This document shows positions 1 to 12,417 of a DNA stretch of 64,000 nucleotides, piece by piece (within the stretch, counting starts at the first letter, position 1; the number at the start of each line of letters is the position of its first letter). The notes beneath the pieces were generated by a model. That model saw only the letters and a program-made list of their open reading frames with translations, did no database searches and was not told where the DNA came from. Source of the stretch: Camelus dromedarius. Its lineage: Eukaryota. Location: contig NC_087436.1 in NCBI RefSeq assembly GCF_036321535.1, forward strand, positions 59,026,001 to 59,090,000. Reading direction: 5' to 3'. The position numbers were made by a program, and so were the translations under genes.

Positions 1-2680
1 TTATTCTCTTCTCTTGTGATTTGATGACTATCTTTAGTGTTACGTTTGAAATCCTTTCTCTTTTTGTGTGTGTGTGTCTATTACATATTTTTGATTCCTG
101 GTTACCATGTTGTTTATATATAGCAATCTATGTATACAGGTGATTATTTTAAATTGATAATCTTTTAATTTAAAAACATTTTAATAACATTCCTTTTTAA
201 CTCTTTTCCCCATGATTACTGTTTTTGACATCACATTTTACATCTTTTATGTGTATCCCTTAACTACTTATTGTGGATATTGATGATTTTACTACTTTTG
301 TCTTTTAACCTTCCTACTAGATTTCTATGTGTTGATTTACTTCCTTTACTGTATATTTGCTTTTACCAATGATCATTTTCCTAATAATTTTCTTATTTTT
401 GGTTTTGGCCCTATCTTTTTCACCTAGAGAAGTCCCTTTAAGATTTCTTGTAAAGCTGAACTTTTGGTGGTGCTGAACTCTTTTGTTTTTTCTTGTTTGA
501 TCTCTCCATCAAATCTGAATGAAAGCCTGCTGGGTAGAGTATTTTTTGTTGTATGTTTTTCCCTTTCATCACTTTAGATATATTATGCCACTCCCTTCTG
601 TTCTGAAGATGTCCTTCTGTCCTCCCTGTCTGGGAGTGCCCTTGTACATAATTTGCTGCTTTTCCTTTCTGCTTATAATATTCTCTCTTCATGGTTAATG
701 TTTATCATTTTACCTACAATGTATCTTGGTGTAGTACTCTTTGGGTTGATCCTGTGTGGAACTCTTTATGCATCCTGGATCTGAATGTTTGTTTCCTTTC
801 CTAGGTTAGGGAAGTTTTCAGCTATTGTATCTTCAAATATGTTCTCTGCCCCTTTCTCTCTCCTCTTTCTGGGATCTCTATAATGCTAATGTTAGTATGC
901 TTAATGTGATCTGAGAAGTCTCTTAAACTGTCCTAATTTCTTTTTATGTTTTTTTTTCTTTTTTTCTGTTGAGCTTCAGCGATTTGCATTACTCTGTCTT
1001 CCAGCTCACTGATCTGTTATTCTGTATCCTTTAATAGATTGCTGATTCCTTATAGTTTGTTTTTTATTTCAGTTATTCTTCAGCTCTGTTTGGTTCTTCT
1101 TTATATCTTCTAACTCTTCAGCTTTTCACTGTGTTCATCCATTCTTCTTTTGAGTCTTTGAACATCTTTATAATTATTATCTTCAACTCCTTCTTAGGTA
1201 AATTGCCTATCTCTACTTCACATAGTTCTTCTTCTGGTAGTTTATTGTGTTCCTTCATTTGGAGCATGGTTCTCTGTTGCCTTACTTTGCCTACCTTGCT
1301 GTTTTTATTTCTATGTATATGGTAGGTTGGTTATGTTTCCCAACCTTGGAGAAGTTGCCTTTTGCAGGCACATCCTATGCATCCCAGAAGCACACTCCCC
1401 TCTGGTCACCAGTGCTATATGCTCTAGGGGTGCCACACGTGTGGGCTGTGAGGGTTCTTCTGGTGTGGTGGGCTGACTACTATGGCCAGTCTGGTAAGTT
1501 TGATTGGCCCCCTGCCAGATTGGTTGCCAGATGCTGCCTTGTGTGGAGGCTTTTGGCCATTTGTTGGTGGGACCAGGTCATGAGGTGACTGGCTGCAGAA
1601 CCCAGGGGGTCCTGGGGCCAGTGCTGGCCCACTGATGGGCAGTTCCTGGGGTCTAGGGTGGCTGATTATAGGATTGGGGTTCCTAGATTTAGTGCTGACC
1701 TGCTGGTGGATGGGATGACTACTGACATGGCTGGCTGCAGATTCCATGGTGTCTCAATGCTGGTGCTGGCTTGCTGGTGAGTAGGGCTGGATCTCAGGGC
1801 AGCTAGAGGAGGGTTCCAAGAGCTGTCTCAGAGCTGATCTTAGCCTGCTGATAGACAGGGCCAGGACCCAGGATGTCTCAATGTTAGTGTCAGCTTATAG
1901 ACAGGGCCAGGACCCAGGATGTCTCAATGTTAGTGTTGGCTTACTGGACTGAGTCCCAGGTTCTCTAGCTGAAGGGCCCTTGGTGTCCTGAAACTGGTGT
2001 CAGCATGCTGGTGGGTGGGACAGGATCTTAGGGCCACTGGCAGAGGAGCCCAACATGTCCCAGGATTTGTTGGCCTCCTATTGGGCAGAGTTGGGGCCTG
2101 GAAGTCCCTGGTCTGGTGCCAATCTGCTGCTGTGTCGGCTGAATTCTGACCAGGCAAGCTGGTGGGCAGTGGTGGTGGTCCTGGGGCTGGTGCGTGCACA
2201 CTGGTAGGTGGGGCTGGGGCCTAGGGAATGCTTGGGCAGGTGCTTGCCAACCAGGGGGTGAAGCTAGATCCTAGGTCTAGTGTTGGTCCACTGGCATGCA
2301 GAGTTGGGTAGGGTCTATGGCTGTAGGGCCTAGGGGCTCCAGAATGGGTATTGGATCATTGGTGGGTTGGGTTAAGACCAATGGGGTCCTGAGTCTAGTG
2401 TTAGCCCACTGGTGCAGGGGTCTAATCTTGACACAGCTGGATATAGGATCTGGAGTATCCCAAAGCTTATATAGGCTCACTGGTGGGTCAGGCTGGATCC
2501 CAGGGAGGTGACTGATGGGCCCACGGTGCCTCAGAGCTGGTCTTCGCCTGCTGGTGGGACCAGTGCCCAAGATCCCAGGTCTTTTGCCAGCCTGCTGGTG
2601 AGTGGACTGGGTCCTGCCATGACAGGTTGAAGGGCTGCAGTAGTCCTGGGACTGGTGTGCCCCCACAGGTGGGTAGGATA
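1..2680 (-). mobile_element. LINE-1 5' portion (inter-ORF region, decayed ORF1, GC-rich repetitive 5' region); continues left of the window
   Basis: ORF 438..692(-) contains an ORF1p-like segment (LQNRREWHNISKVMKGKNIQQKILYPA). Bases 1-300 align by eye with the L1 at 63720-64000. 1480-2680 is a GC-rich array of degenerate ctggtg(g)gtggggctgg..cc monomers. Confidence 0.9.
1851..1936. repeat. Perfect 40-bp direct duplication within the L1 5' monomer array
   Basis: atagacagggccaggacccaggatgtctcaatgttagtgt occurs at 1851-1890 and 1897-1936, separated by cagctt. Confidence 0.95.
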
Positions 2681-2739
2681 CATTATCTTTGTATTCTGGA
2701 CTCATTTCTTCTGAAGTTCCAGACCACTAGTCTTTCATT

Positions 2740-3125
2740 TCCTCCAAAACACTTTTTCATGCCTTAAATTCTTCATACATGTACTGTTCTCCTTTCAAAA
2801 GCTTTGAAAAAAGCTTTTCTTTACTCTTCCTATGACTGACTTTTCTCACACTTCAACTTTCAGCTTAGGTGCTATGTCCTCATAGACGGTTTTCATGAAC
2901 AACTCCTTCTTGCTAGGTGAATTCTCTTTTTGGCAACACCTTTTCACCCAAACTTGTTATTCTCTATTATAGGGACACAAATCCCATTGCCTTCTTTATT
3001 CATTTTCTTTATTTTCTTCATTTGTCTATCTTTTCATTGTCAACCAGAATGTAGGAATTCTTTTATTCTCCCTGAAGCTGAAATGCCTACTACATGGCCT
3101 TGCATATTTTTGAATAAATATGTAG
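2740..3125 (+). mobile_element. Ancient LINE-2 3' fragment
   Basis: Pyrimidine-rich L2-like body ending in cctactacatggccttgcatatttttgaataaat, which resembles the L2 tail. Confidence 0.5.
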
Positions 3126-4482
3126 CTGAAGATTCATTACCCAGATTCAGTATTGGAGCAGTTCTTCAGCAGAGCTATTCAGAGCCTGGCCATTTGACCT
3201 GTTAGTCTGTCCTATTGCCTTTCGGCCCTCCTGTATTGATAGTTTTAGCAAGCAGAGAGATTTTCATATCTCAACCATGTTCTTCCCAATTTCCACCATC
3301 ACACCAGACTGTGTTCTTCTATATGGAAAGTAGGTTTCAATATATGAAAATTGTTTCACATAATCAAAATATTTTGTTTTAAATCAAATGTTTTACAAAT
3401 CGAAGAACTTACATGCCTACTGGGTTGGCTCATCAAAAATAAGATATAACCTTAACTTTGAAAAAAAAATTGGGATGGAACCATTTCCCTGTGTCTGAAA
3501 GTCAGTTTTTAATGTTTTTTAGCCACTGGGACTAATATAACATTTGAGCCACTTAAAAATTTTGTGGATAACAGGGAATCCAATAAATGGATACTAATAA
3601 AAGGCATTACCACAGTCCACAATTCATAATCCCTTTAAAAAGTCTTAGGGTCATTAATGCTTCCTAGCAGGCCAAAAATCTCACATGCTTTCAACATCTC
3701 CAAAACAGCAGACGCAGTGGGAAAAAGAAGTGTGTGCTTTATTGGGACGTTCAGCCATGTTATTGGATGACCTTTCTCTGACAAATGTTGTCATATTTTT
3801 AAAAGTGGCTATGTCACCATTAATGGATAAGAAATGATGTAAGCTAACATATTTAAGACAGAGAAATCCCATATCTGAAAACTCTTTGCTCATTCAACTA
3901 CTTAAGCCAACTCTGTAGCTTTTAAATGTCATATACAACACAAAAATAATGCATTTATATACCAATACAAAGCAATTTTCACTTTTTCTTATTCTATAAA
4001 TAACAATGAAAAAATTCTATATTCATATTTATGATTTGACATTCTTATTAAATATTTGATTTTGAATTTTTAAAATAGTAACTTCAAGTAAATAAGTTTC
4101 ATATCTCTCATCCATCACAAATAGTTTTACTCCTAATGATGTCTTAGTTCTTCCCTAATGATTTGCATATTTATTGAATGTGGGAGTAGAATTATTATAC
4201 GTTACCTTAGTTTATTCAACTGAAAGATTACCTGATTCTCAAATCAATATCTAATATTAACTGTATCTCTCTCAAGCCTTGCACTTTGTTAAGCTGTGAG
4301 AATTCAGTCTGATGTAAGTTCCTTTCTGTACCTCTTGGGGATGAATCAGGCAGGGATAAATCTGAGCACCTCAAAGTCTCATATTCTATGCCCTTTTGGC
4401 CCCTGAAAATCTCTAGTTTCCCATGGAAGTAATGCTGTCTTCTGAGTCTGCTTCAGAGATGTCTTGTATCAAAGACATACTA

Positions 4483-5158
4483 GAGAAATGGTTTATTTTT
4501 CTGCCCATTTTTTGTTTGGGTTGTTTATTTATTTATTTTTTGTTATTGAGTTGTATGAGCATTTGTATATTATGGAAATTAAGCCCTTGCCAGTCCCATT
4601 GTTTGCAAATATTTTCTCCCATTCCATAGGTGGTTGTTTTGTTTTGCTTATGGCTTCCTTTGCTGTGCAAAAACTTATAAGTTTAATTTGGTCCCATTTG
4701 TTTATTTTTGCTTTTATTTCTATTGCCTGGGTAGACTGTCTGAGGAGAACATTGCTAAGATTTATGTCAGAGAATGTTTTTTACCTATGTTTTCTTATAG
4801 GAGGTTTAGAATGTCTTGTCTAATCTTTAAGTCTTTAAACCATTTTGAGTTTATTTTTGTGTATGGTGGGAAGAAGTGTTCTAATTTCACTGATTTAAAT
4901 GCAGCTGTCCTGCTTTCCCAGCACCACTTGCTGAAGACACTGTTTTTTCTCCACTGTATATTCTTGCCTTCTTTGTTGAAGATTAATTGCCTGTAGGTGA
5001 GTGTGTTTATATCTGAGCTCTCTATTCTGATCCATTGATCCAGTGTCTGTTTTTGTGCCAATATGATGCTGTTTTATTTACTGCAACTCTGTAGTGTTGT
5101 CTGAAGTCTGGAAGGGTTATTCCTCTAGCTTCATTCTTTTTCTTCAGTATTGCTTTGA
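4483..5158 (-). mobile_element. LINE-1 ORF2 3' segment, inverted arm of a 5'-inverted insertion
   Basis: ORF 4795..5061(-) ([42 protein letters not shown]...[12 protein letters not shown]) matches the ORF2p C-terminal region. Confidence 0.92.
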
Positions 5159-5810
5159 TAATAATTTAAAAGTCCACGAACAAGGTGTGGAGAAAAGGGA
5201 GCCCTCCTACACTGTTGGTGGGACTGTAGTTTGGTGCAGTCCTTATGGAAAACAGTATGGAGATTCCTTAAACAACTAAAAATTTACTTACCATATGATC
5301 CAGAAACCCCACTCCTGTGCTTATATCCAGAGGGAACTCTAATTTGAAAAGATACATGCACCCCCATAGCAGCACTATATACAACAGCCAAGACATAGAA
5401 GCAACCTAAATGTCCATCAACAGATGATTGGATAAAGAAGATGTGATACACACACACACAATGGAATACTACTCAGACATAAAAAAGAATAAAATAATGC
5501 TATTTGCAGCAACATGGATGGATCTGGAAATTGTCATATTAAGTGAAGTAAGCCAGAAAGAGAAAGAAAATACCAAATGATATCACTTATATGTGGAATC
5601 TGAAACAAAAATGAGACACATGGACTTATTTACAAAACAGAAATGGACTCACAGACATAAAAACAAACTTGTGGTTACCAGAGGGGAAGGAGGGGGAGGT
5701 GAAGGGATAAATTGGGACTTCAGGATTTGCAGATACTACTATATATAAAATAGATAAACAGCAAGGTCTCAATGTATAGCACAGGGAACTATATTCAATA
5801 CCTTGTATAC
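5159..5810 (+). mobile_element. LINE-1 ORF2 end and 3' UTR, forward arm; no poly(A) tail visible
   Basis: Contains ggtgtggagaaaagggagccctcctacactgttggtggg...gcaacctaaatgtccatcaacagatgattggataaagaag...tatagcacagggaactatattcaata. Confidence 0.92.
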
Positions 5811-6543
5811 CTCCTTACCTTAACAACTTGCACCCATAGAAACAATTCCTCCATTATGACACTTTTTTCACTACCACTGTATCAATCACCTTAGCTCTGA
5901 GGTATTGTTATTTTTTTTCCCAGTTAATGAAACACCTAAATATCAGAAAAGAGATACTGCCTTCATCAATGTTCATTTGAAGTTCCAGGGAAGACTTGAC
6001 CCATTAAAAACAATCCCCAAACTATCCAGACTTAGCTATAATTTCTCTTAGAGGCTTATTAAAGATAACAGCACTCAGTATTTGTTATAACCGAATTGCT
6101 AGAAACATAATCAAATACACCCCCAAGGATGCAATCAGTCAGGAAGCATCTTGCACAACAAGCCTCTGTGGGATGATCTGACACTGTTGAGGGCCCCTTG
6201 ATTTCTCTGATGCATAGAAACAGAGCACAGATAGTGTTTTGGAGGTATTCCTGGATTTATGTGGGAATGCTAGACTTGCTTTCCTAGCTCAACAGTTTGC
6301 TTGTCATTGCTTTTCCACCGTTATCTTTGTTATGACTCTCTGCTTCAAACCCATGAACGGTTTATTTATCTGAATATTCTTTTGAAGTTATTCTATTCAC
6401 AGGACAAATGATTTGAAAATTAATTCTTTACAACTGACAATTTAATCAAAAGGAAAGTCTTTTTTAATTTAATAGGAAAATTTACAAAAATTACATATTT
6501 TCATTGGCAGAAATCTAAAAGTTGGTTTTTTTTCCTAAATGAG

Positions 6544-7138
6544 TGTGACAGAACTCTAAAAATGGCCCCCAAGATTACCTGCCCTAATACTTGGGACTGT
6601 GAATATGATGATATTTCATGACTATGAATATGTTACATACCATGGCAAAAAGGACTTTGCAGATATAGTTAAGATGACTGATCCATTTACTTTAAAATAA
6701 AGATTACTTTGGATTATCAGGTGGGCCTAATCATATAATTATATGAGCCCTTTGAAAGTAGAGTTTTCTCCTGCTGGTAGGGAAAGGGGGAAGTCAGAGA
6801 AACTGTAAGCCTAAGATTGACATGCTGTCGCTGGCTTGAAGATGGAGGGTATCATGCGCAGTGACTGAAGCGCTGTCTCTAGGAAGTGGGAGCCGACAGT
6901 AAGGAAGGAAAGACGGATACTCCAAGTCATGGAACTGAATTCAGCTAACAACTTAGAGTCCCTGATAGAGGATTCTTTCCCAGAGCCTCCAGAGAAGAGC
7001 CCATCTCTGCCAAAAACTTGATTTCAGCATTGTAAGACAGGACCATTTGAGTCTACCCTGACTTCTGTCCTACAGAGATAATAAATGAGGATTGTCTTAA
7101 GCAATTGAATTGTCAAATAGTAAAAGACAATTAATACA
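6544..7138 (+). mobile_element. ERVL-MaLR solo LTR (MLT1D/E-like)
   Basis: TG...taataCA ends, plus ggcaaaaaggactttgcagat, ggattatcaggtgggcctaatc and cccagagcctccagagaagagcc motifs. Confidence 0.85.
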
Positions 7139-7187
7139 GAGATTTTCTGAATTGCTCTTTTTTGAGATATAAAATACATTTATTTTA

Positions 7188-7430
7188 TCAGTTAAAATTC
7201 TTTGGGCTACAAATAATCAAATACAAAATCCAAATTGAATTAAATGTCAGGATGTGTATAATCTCATATAACAAAATATCTAGCGGAAACTGTTTTAAGG
7301 TTAATGATATCAGCAAAGAACCAGAGGCTTTTCATATTCTACTCTGCCAGCTTCAGCCTATTAGTGTTTTCTTCCCTCATGGTTGCAAGGCAGCTGTAGC
7401 AAGATATTATATGCAGACATAACCATGCCC
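7188..7430 (-). mobile_element. Old MaLR LTR fragment (MLT1K/L-like), cut off by the adjacent L1
   Basis: Contains ttctttgggctacaaataatc...ctctgccagcttcagc...ctcatggttgcaaggcagctg. Confidence 0.5.
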
Positions 7431-10051
7431 ATTGACTTTTTAAAATTTTTTTGTTACTTTTTTATTATATAACTATATGTCTAGAGCATTTAACTTTAAC
7501 ATCTGTTTATACTACAGAATGATCACCATCAGAAGTCTAGTTACCATCCTTCACCATACAGTTGACCTTCTTTTCCATTTTGCCCAACCTCCAACCACCC
7601 TACCCTTAGGTAACCATTAATCTGTTCTCTGAATCTATAAGTAGTTTGTTTTTGTTTTATATCATGTGACTTTTTAAAATTTTTGTTCTGTTTTTAGATT
7701 TCACATATAAGTGAAATCATACAGTATTTATCTTTTTCCTTCTGACTTATTTTACTTAGCATAATACCGTCAAGCTGCATCCATCTTGTCACAATCCTTG
7801 GCAGGATTTCATCCTTTTTTTTCTTTCTGGCAGAGTTGTATTCTATTATATGTATTTATATTGCTTTTTCTTTACCCATTCATCCACTGATGGAAACTTA
7901 GGTTTTTTCTATATCTTAAGCTGTTGTAAATAATGCTATAATGAACATAGGAGTGCATATATCTTTTTAAATTAATGGTTTTGTGTTATTCAGATAAATA
8001 CCCAGACGTGAAATACCTAGGTCATATGGTAATTCTATTCTTAATTTTTGAGGAATTTCCATAATGTTTTCATAGTGGCTGCATCAATTTACATTCCCAC
8101 CAACAGTGTACAAAAGTTCACTTTTTTAAAATTCTCACCTTTACCGTTTTTAATTATGGTTATTTTGATGACAGCTATTCTGACAGGTGTGAGGTGACAT
8201 CTCATTTGGGTTTTGATTTGCATTTCCCTGATAATTACTGATGTTGAACATCTTTTCATGTGCCAATTGACCATCTGTATGTCTCCTTTGGAAAAATATG
8301 TATTCAAATTCTTAGCTCATTTTTTAATCTTCACTGTGTAAAAGCTTTTTAGTTTGATGTAGTCCCACTCATTTACTTTTTATTTTGTTTCCCTTGCCTT
8401 TGGAGTCAAATGCACAAAAACATCACTAAAATTGATTTCCATTAAGTTACTACCTATGTTTCCTTCTAGGAGTTTTATGGTTTTGGGTTTCACATTGAAG
8501 TTTTCAATCCATTTTGAGTTAATTTTTGTGTATGGTAAAAGAGAGTTGTCTAGTTTTATTCTTTTCCATGTGGCTTCTCAGTTCTCCCAACACCGTTTAT
8601 TGAAGAGATTGTTATTTCTCTGTTGTATATTCTTGGTTTATTTGTCATAAATTTGTTGTCCATGTATGTGTTGGTTTATCTCTGGGTTCTCAAATCTGTT
8701 TCATTGATACATGTGTCTGTTTTTGTGCAGTACCATACTGTTGTAATTACTACAGCTTGAAAGTATAGTTTAAAATCAGGGAGCATGTTACTTCCAGTTT
8801 TCCTTTTTCTCAAGATTGTTTTGGCTCTTCTAGCTCTTTTGTGGTTACAAGCACATTTTATAATTATTTTTTCTAGTTCTGTAAAATATGCCATTGCCAT
8901 TTTGATAGGGATTACATTGAATCTGTAGATTGCTTTGGGTAGAATGGACATTCTGATCGTATTAATTCTTTCAATCCTTGAGTGTAGTATACCTTTCTAT
9001 TTATTTGTATCTTCCTCAATTTCTTTCATCAGAGTCTTGTGGTTTTCAGAGTACAGTTATTTTACCTCCTTAGTTAAATTTACCCTTAGGTATTTTATTG
9101 TTTTTGATGCACTTGTAAATGGGATAGTTTTCCTAACTTCTCTTTCTGATAGTTTTTTTTATTAGTGTATATAAATGCCAGCAGTTTCTGTATGTTGATT
9201 TTGTATCCTGCAACTTTATTGAATTCATTTATTAGTTCTAAAAGTTTTTTGGTACCATCTTTAGGGTTTTCTATATAAAGTATCATGCCATCTGCAAATA
9301 ATAACAGTTTTACTTCTTTCTTTCCAATTTGGATGCCTTTTATTTCTTTTTCTTGCCTAATTGTTGTGGCTACGACTTTCAATACTGTGTTGAATAAAAG
9401 TGGTGAAAGTGGACATCCTCGTCTTTTTCCTAATTTTAGAGGAAAAGTTTTCAACTTTTCACCATTGGGTATAATGTTAGCTGTGGGTTTGTCACATATG
9501 GCCTCTATTATGTTGAGATTCATTCTCTCAACATCCACTTTGTTGAGAGGACTTATCACAAATTGATGTTGAATTTCGTCAATTCTTTTTCTGCATCTAT
9601 CGAGATGACCAAATAATTTAATCCTTCATATTGCTATTGTGATGTATCATGCTGATTCATTTGTAGTTGTTGAACCATTCTGACATGTCTGGAGTAAGTC
9701 CCACTTGATCATGGTGTATGATCCTTTTAGTGTATTATTGGATTTGATTTGCTAGTATTTTCTTGAGAATTTTTGAATCTATGTTCATTGAGTGTATTGG
9801 CCTATAATTTTCTTTTTGTGTGGTGTCTTTCTCTAGTTTTGGTATCAGCATAATGCTTCCTTCATAAAATGTATTTGGAAGGTTTCTTCCTCTTCAGTTT
9901 TTTGAAGAGCTTGAGAAGGATAGGTTTTAATTCTTCTTTTGAACGTTTTGTAGAATGCAACAGTGAAGCCATCTGATTCTCTGCTTTTTTTTTTTGTTGT
10001 TGTTGGGAGATTTTGATTACTGTTTCAATCTTTTTATTAATGAAAGATCCA

Positions 10052-12417
10052 TAGGCATACCTCAGAGGTATTGCAGGGTTGGTTCCAGACCACTGCAATA
10101 GTGAATATCAAAATAAACTGTCACATTAATTTTTCCTTGTTTCTCAGTGCATATAAAAGTTATGTTTACACTATATTGTAGTCTATTAAGTGTGCGATAG
10201 CACTATGTCTAAAAAAAACATACATACCTTAATTAAAAATTATTACTATAAAATGCTAACCATCATCTGAGTCTTTAGCGGGTCATAATCTTTTTGCTGG
10301 TGGAGGGTCTTACCTCAGTGTTGATGTTTGCTGACTTATTAGGGTGGTGAATGCTGAAGGCTGGGGCGGGGCTGTGGCAATTTCTTAAAATAATACAATA
10401 ATAAAGTTTGCTGACTTGATTGACTCTTCTTACATGAGCAATTTCTGTGTACCATACAATGCTGTTTGATAGCATTTAACCCACCATAGAACTTCTTTCA
10501 AAATTGGAGTCAATCCTCTCAAACCCTTCCACTGGCTTATCAGCTAAATTTATGTAATATTCCAAGTCCTTTGTTACCATTTCAACAATCTTCACAGCTT
10601 CTTAACTAGGAGTAGAGCCCATCCCAAGAATCTACTTTCTTTACTTATCCATAAGAAGCAAATCATTCATTAAAGTTTTATCATAAGATTGCAGCAATTT
10701 AGTCACATTTTCAGTCTCCACTTTGAATTCTAGTTCTCTTGCTAGGTTTACTGCATCCACAGTTACTTCTTCCACTAAGTATTGACTCTTCAAAGTCACC
10801 CATGTGGGTTGGAATCAGCATCTTCCAATCTCCTGTGAATGTTATTTTGACCTCTTTCCATAAACCACAAATGTCCTTCATGGTATCTAAAATGGTGAGG
10901 GGGTTTCAATTTACTTTATCCTGATCCATTGGGGGAATCACTGTCTCTGGCAACTATATTTCTTAAATAATAAGACTTGAAATTAGAAATTACTCCTTGG
11001 TCCATGGGCTGCAGAATGGATATTTTGTTAGCCAGCATGAAAACAACATGAATCTTGTTGTACATCTCCATCAGGGCTCTTGGGTGATCAGGTGCATTGT
11101 CAATGTGCAGTATTATTTTGAAAGAAATCTTTTTTTCTGAGTAGTAGTTCTCATAAATGGGCTTAAAATATTAAGTATATCATGTTGTATACAGATATCC
11201 TGTTATCCAGGTTTCATTATTCCATGTATGGAGCATAGGCTGGATTGATTAAGCATAATTCTTAAGGATCCTAGGATTTTCAGAGTGATACATGAGCATT
11301 GGCTTCAACTGAAAGTCACCAGCTACTTTAGCCCCTACCAAGACAGTCAAACTATCCTCTGAAGCTTTGAAGCCAGACATTGACTTCTCTTCCCCAGCTA
11401 CTTAAGTCCTACATTACATCTTCTTCCAATAGAGGGCTGTTTTGTTTACATTGGAGATCTATTATTTAGTGTGGCCACCTTCATGAATTATTTTAGAAGG
11501 TCTTCTGGATAACCTGCTGCAGCATCTACATCAGCACTTGCTGCTACACCTTGCACTTTTGTGTTATAGAGACAGCTTCTTTCCTTAAACCTCATGAACC
11601 AACCTCTGCTAGCTTCAGACTTTTCTTCTGCAGCCTCCTTACTTCTTTCAGCCTTCATAGAAGATATCTATGGCCTTGCTCTGGATTTGATTTTGGCTTA
11701 AGGGAGTGTTATGGTTGGTTTGATCTCCTATCCAGACCACTAAAACTTCCTCTATATCAGCAATAGGCTGTTTCATTTGTGTGTTCACTGGAGTGGCACT
11801 TTTAATTTTTTTCATGAACTTTTCTTTTGCATTTGCAAGTTGGCTCACTGCTGTAAGAGGCCTAGCTTTGGACCTGTCTCAGCTATCTACATGCCTTTCT
11901 CACTAAGCTTAATCCTTTTTGTCTTTTGATTTCAAGTGAGAGACACGTGACTCTTTCACTTGAACACTTAGACACTATTGTAATGTTATTAATTGGCCTA
12001 ACTTAAATATTGTTTTGTCTCAGGGAATAGGGAAGTCTGAGGGAGGGAGGGGGGTTGAGTAAAGTTTGGTTGGTAGAGCAATCAGAACACACACATTTAT
12101 TGAATAACTTCACTGTCTCATAAGATCATGGTTTGTGGTTTCCCTAGAACAAGTACAATAGTAACAGGAAAGATCATTGATTACAGATCACCATTATAAA
12201 TATAGTAATATTGAAAACGATTGAAATATTGTGAGAACTATCAAGTTGTGACACAAAGACATATTGAGCAAATGTTGGAAAATGGTGCTGATAGACTTGC
12301 TTGAAGCAGAGTTGTCACAAACCTTCAATTTTAAAACAAAAACAAAAACAAAAACAACAGAACAGTAATATCTGTGAATCACAGTGAGGCAAAGTACATT
12401 AAAACAAGGTATGCCTG
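10052..12417 (-). mobile_element. Full-length Tigger1 (TcMar-Tigger) DNA transposon with decayed transposase
   Basis: TIRs (t)aggcatacctc... and ...aaggtatgcctg. TA on the right (12418-19), CA on the left. ORF 11648..11848(-) (NAKEKFMKKIKSATPVNTQM...VLVVWIGDQTNHNTPLSQNQIQSKA) matches the Tigger1/TIGD1-type transposase N-terminus. Length about 2.37 kb. Confidence 0.95.

Noticed and set aside
1..300. Similarity between the window start, about 13790-14100 and 63720-64000, suggesting a segmental duplication
   Set aside because: All are the same inter-ORF part of independent L1 copies; the similarity does not extend into unique flanks.
1131..2705. Cluster of ORFs of up to 142 aa on both strands
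   Set aside because: They arise from antisense L1 ORF1 and the stop-poor GC-rich L1 5' monomer array; no host-protein features.
10052..12417. Domesticated TIGD1-like transposase gene
   Set aside because: The transposase is broken by frameshifts and stops (longest recognisable piece about 66 aa) and the TIRs are retained; it is an ordinary fossil.
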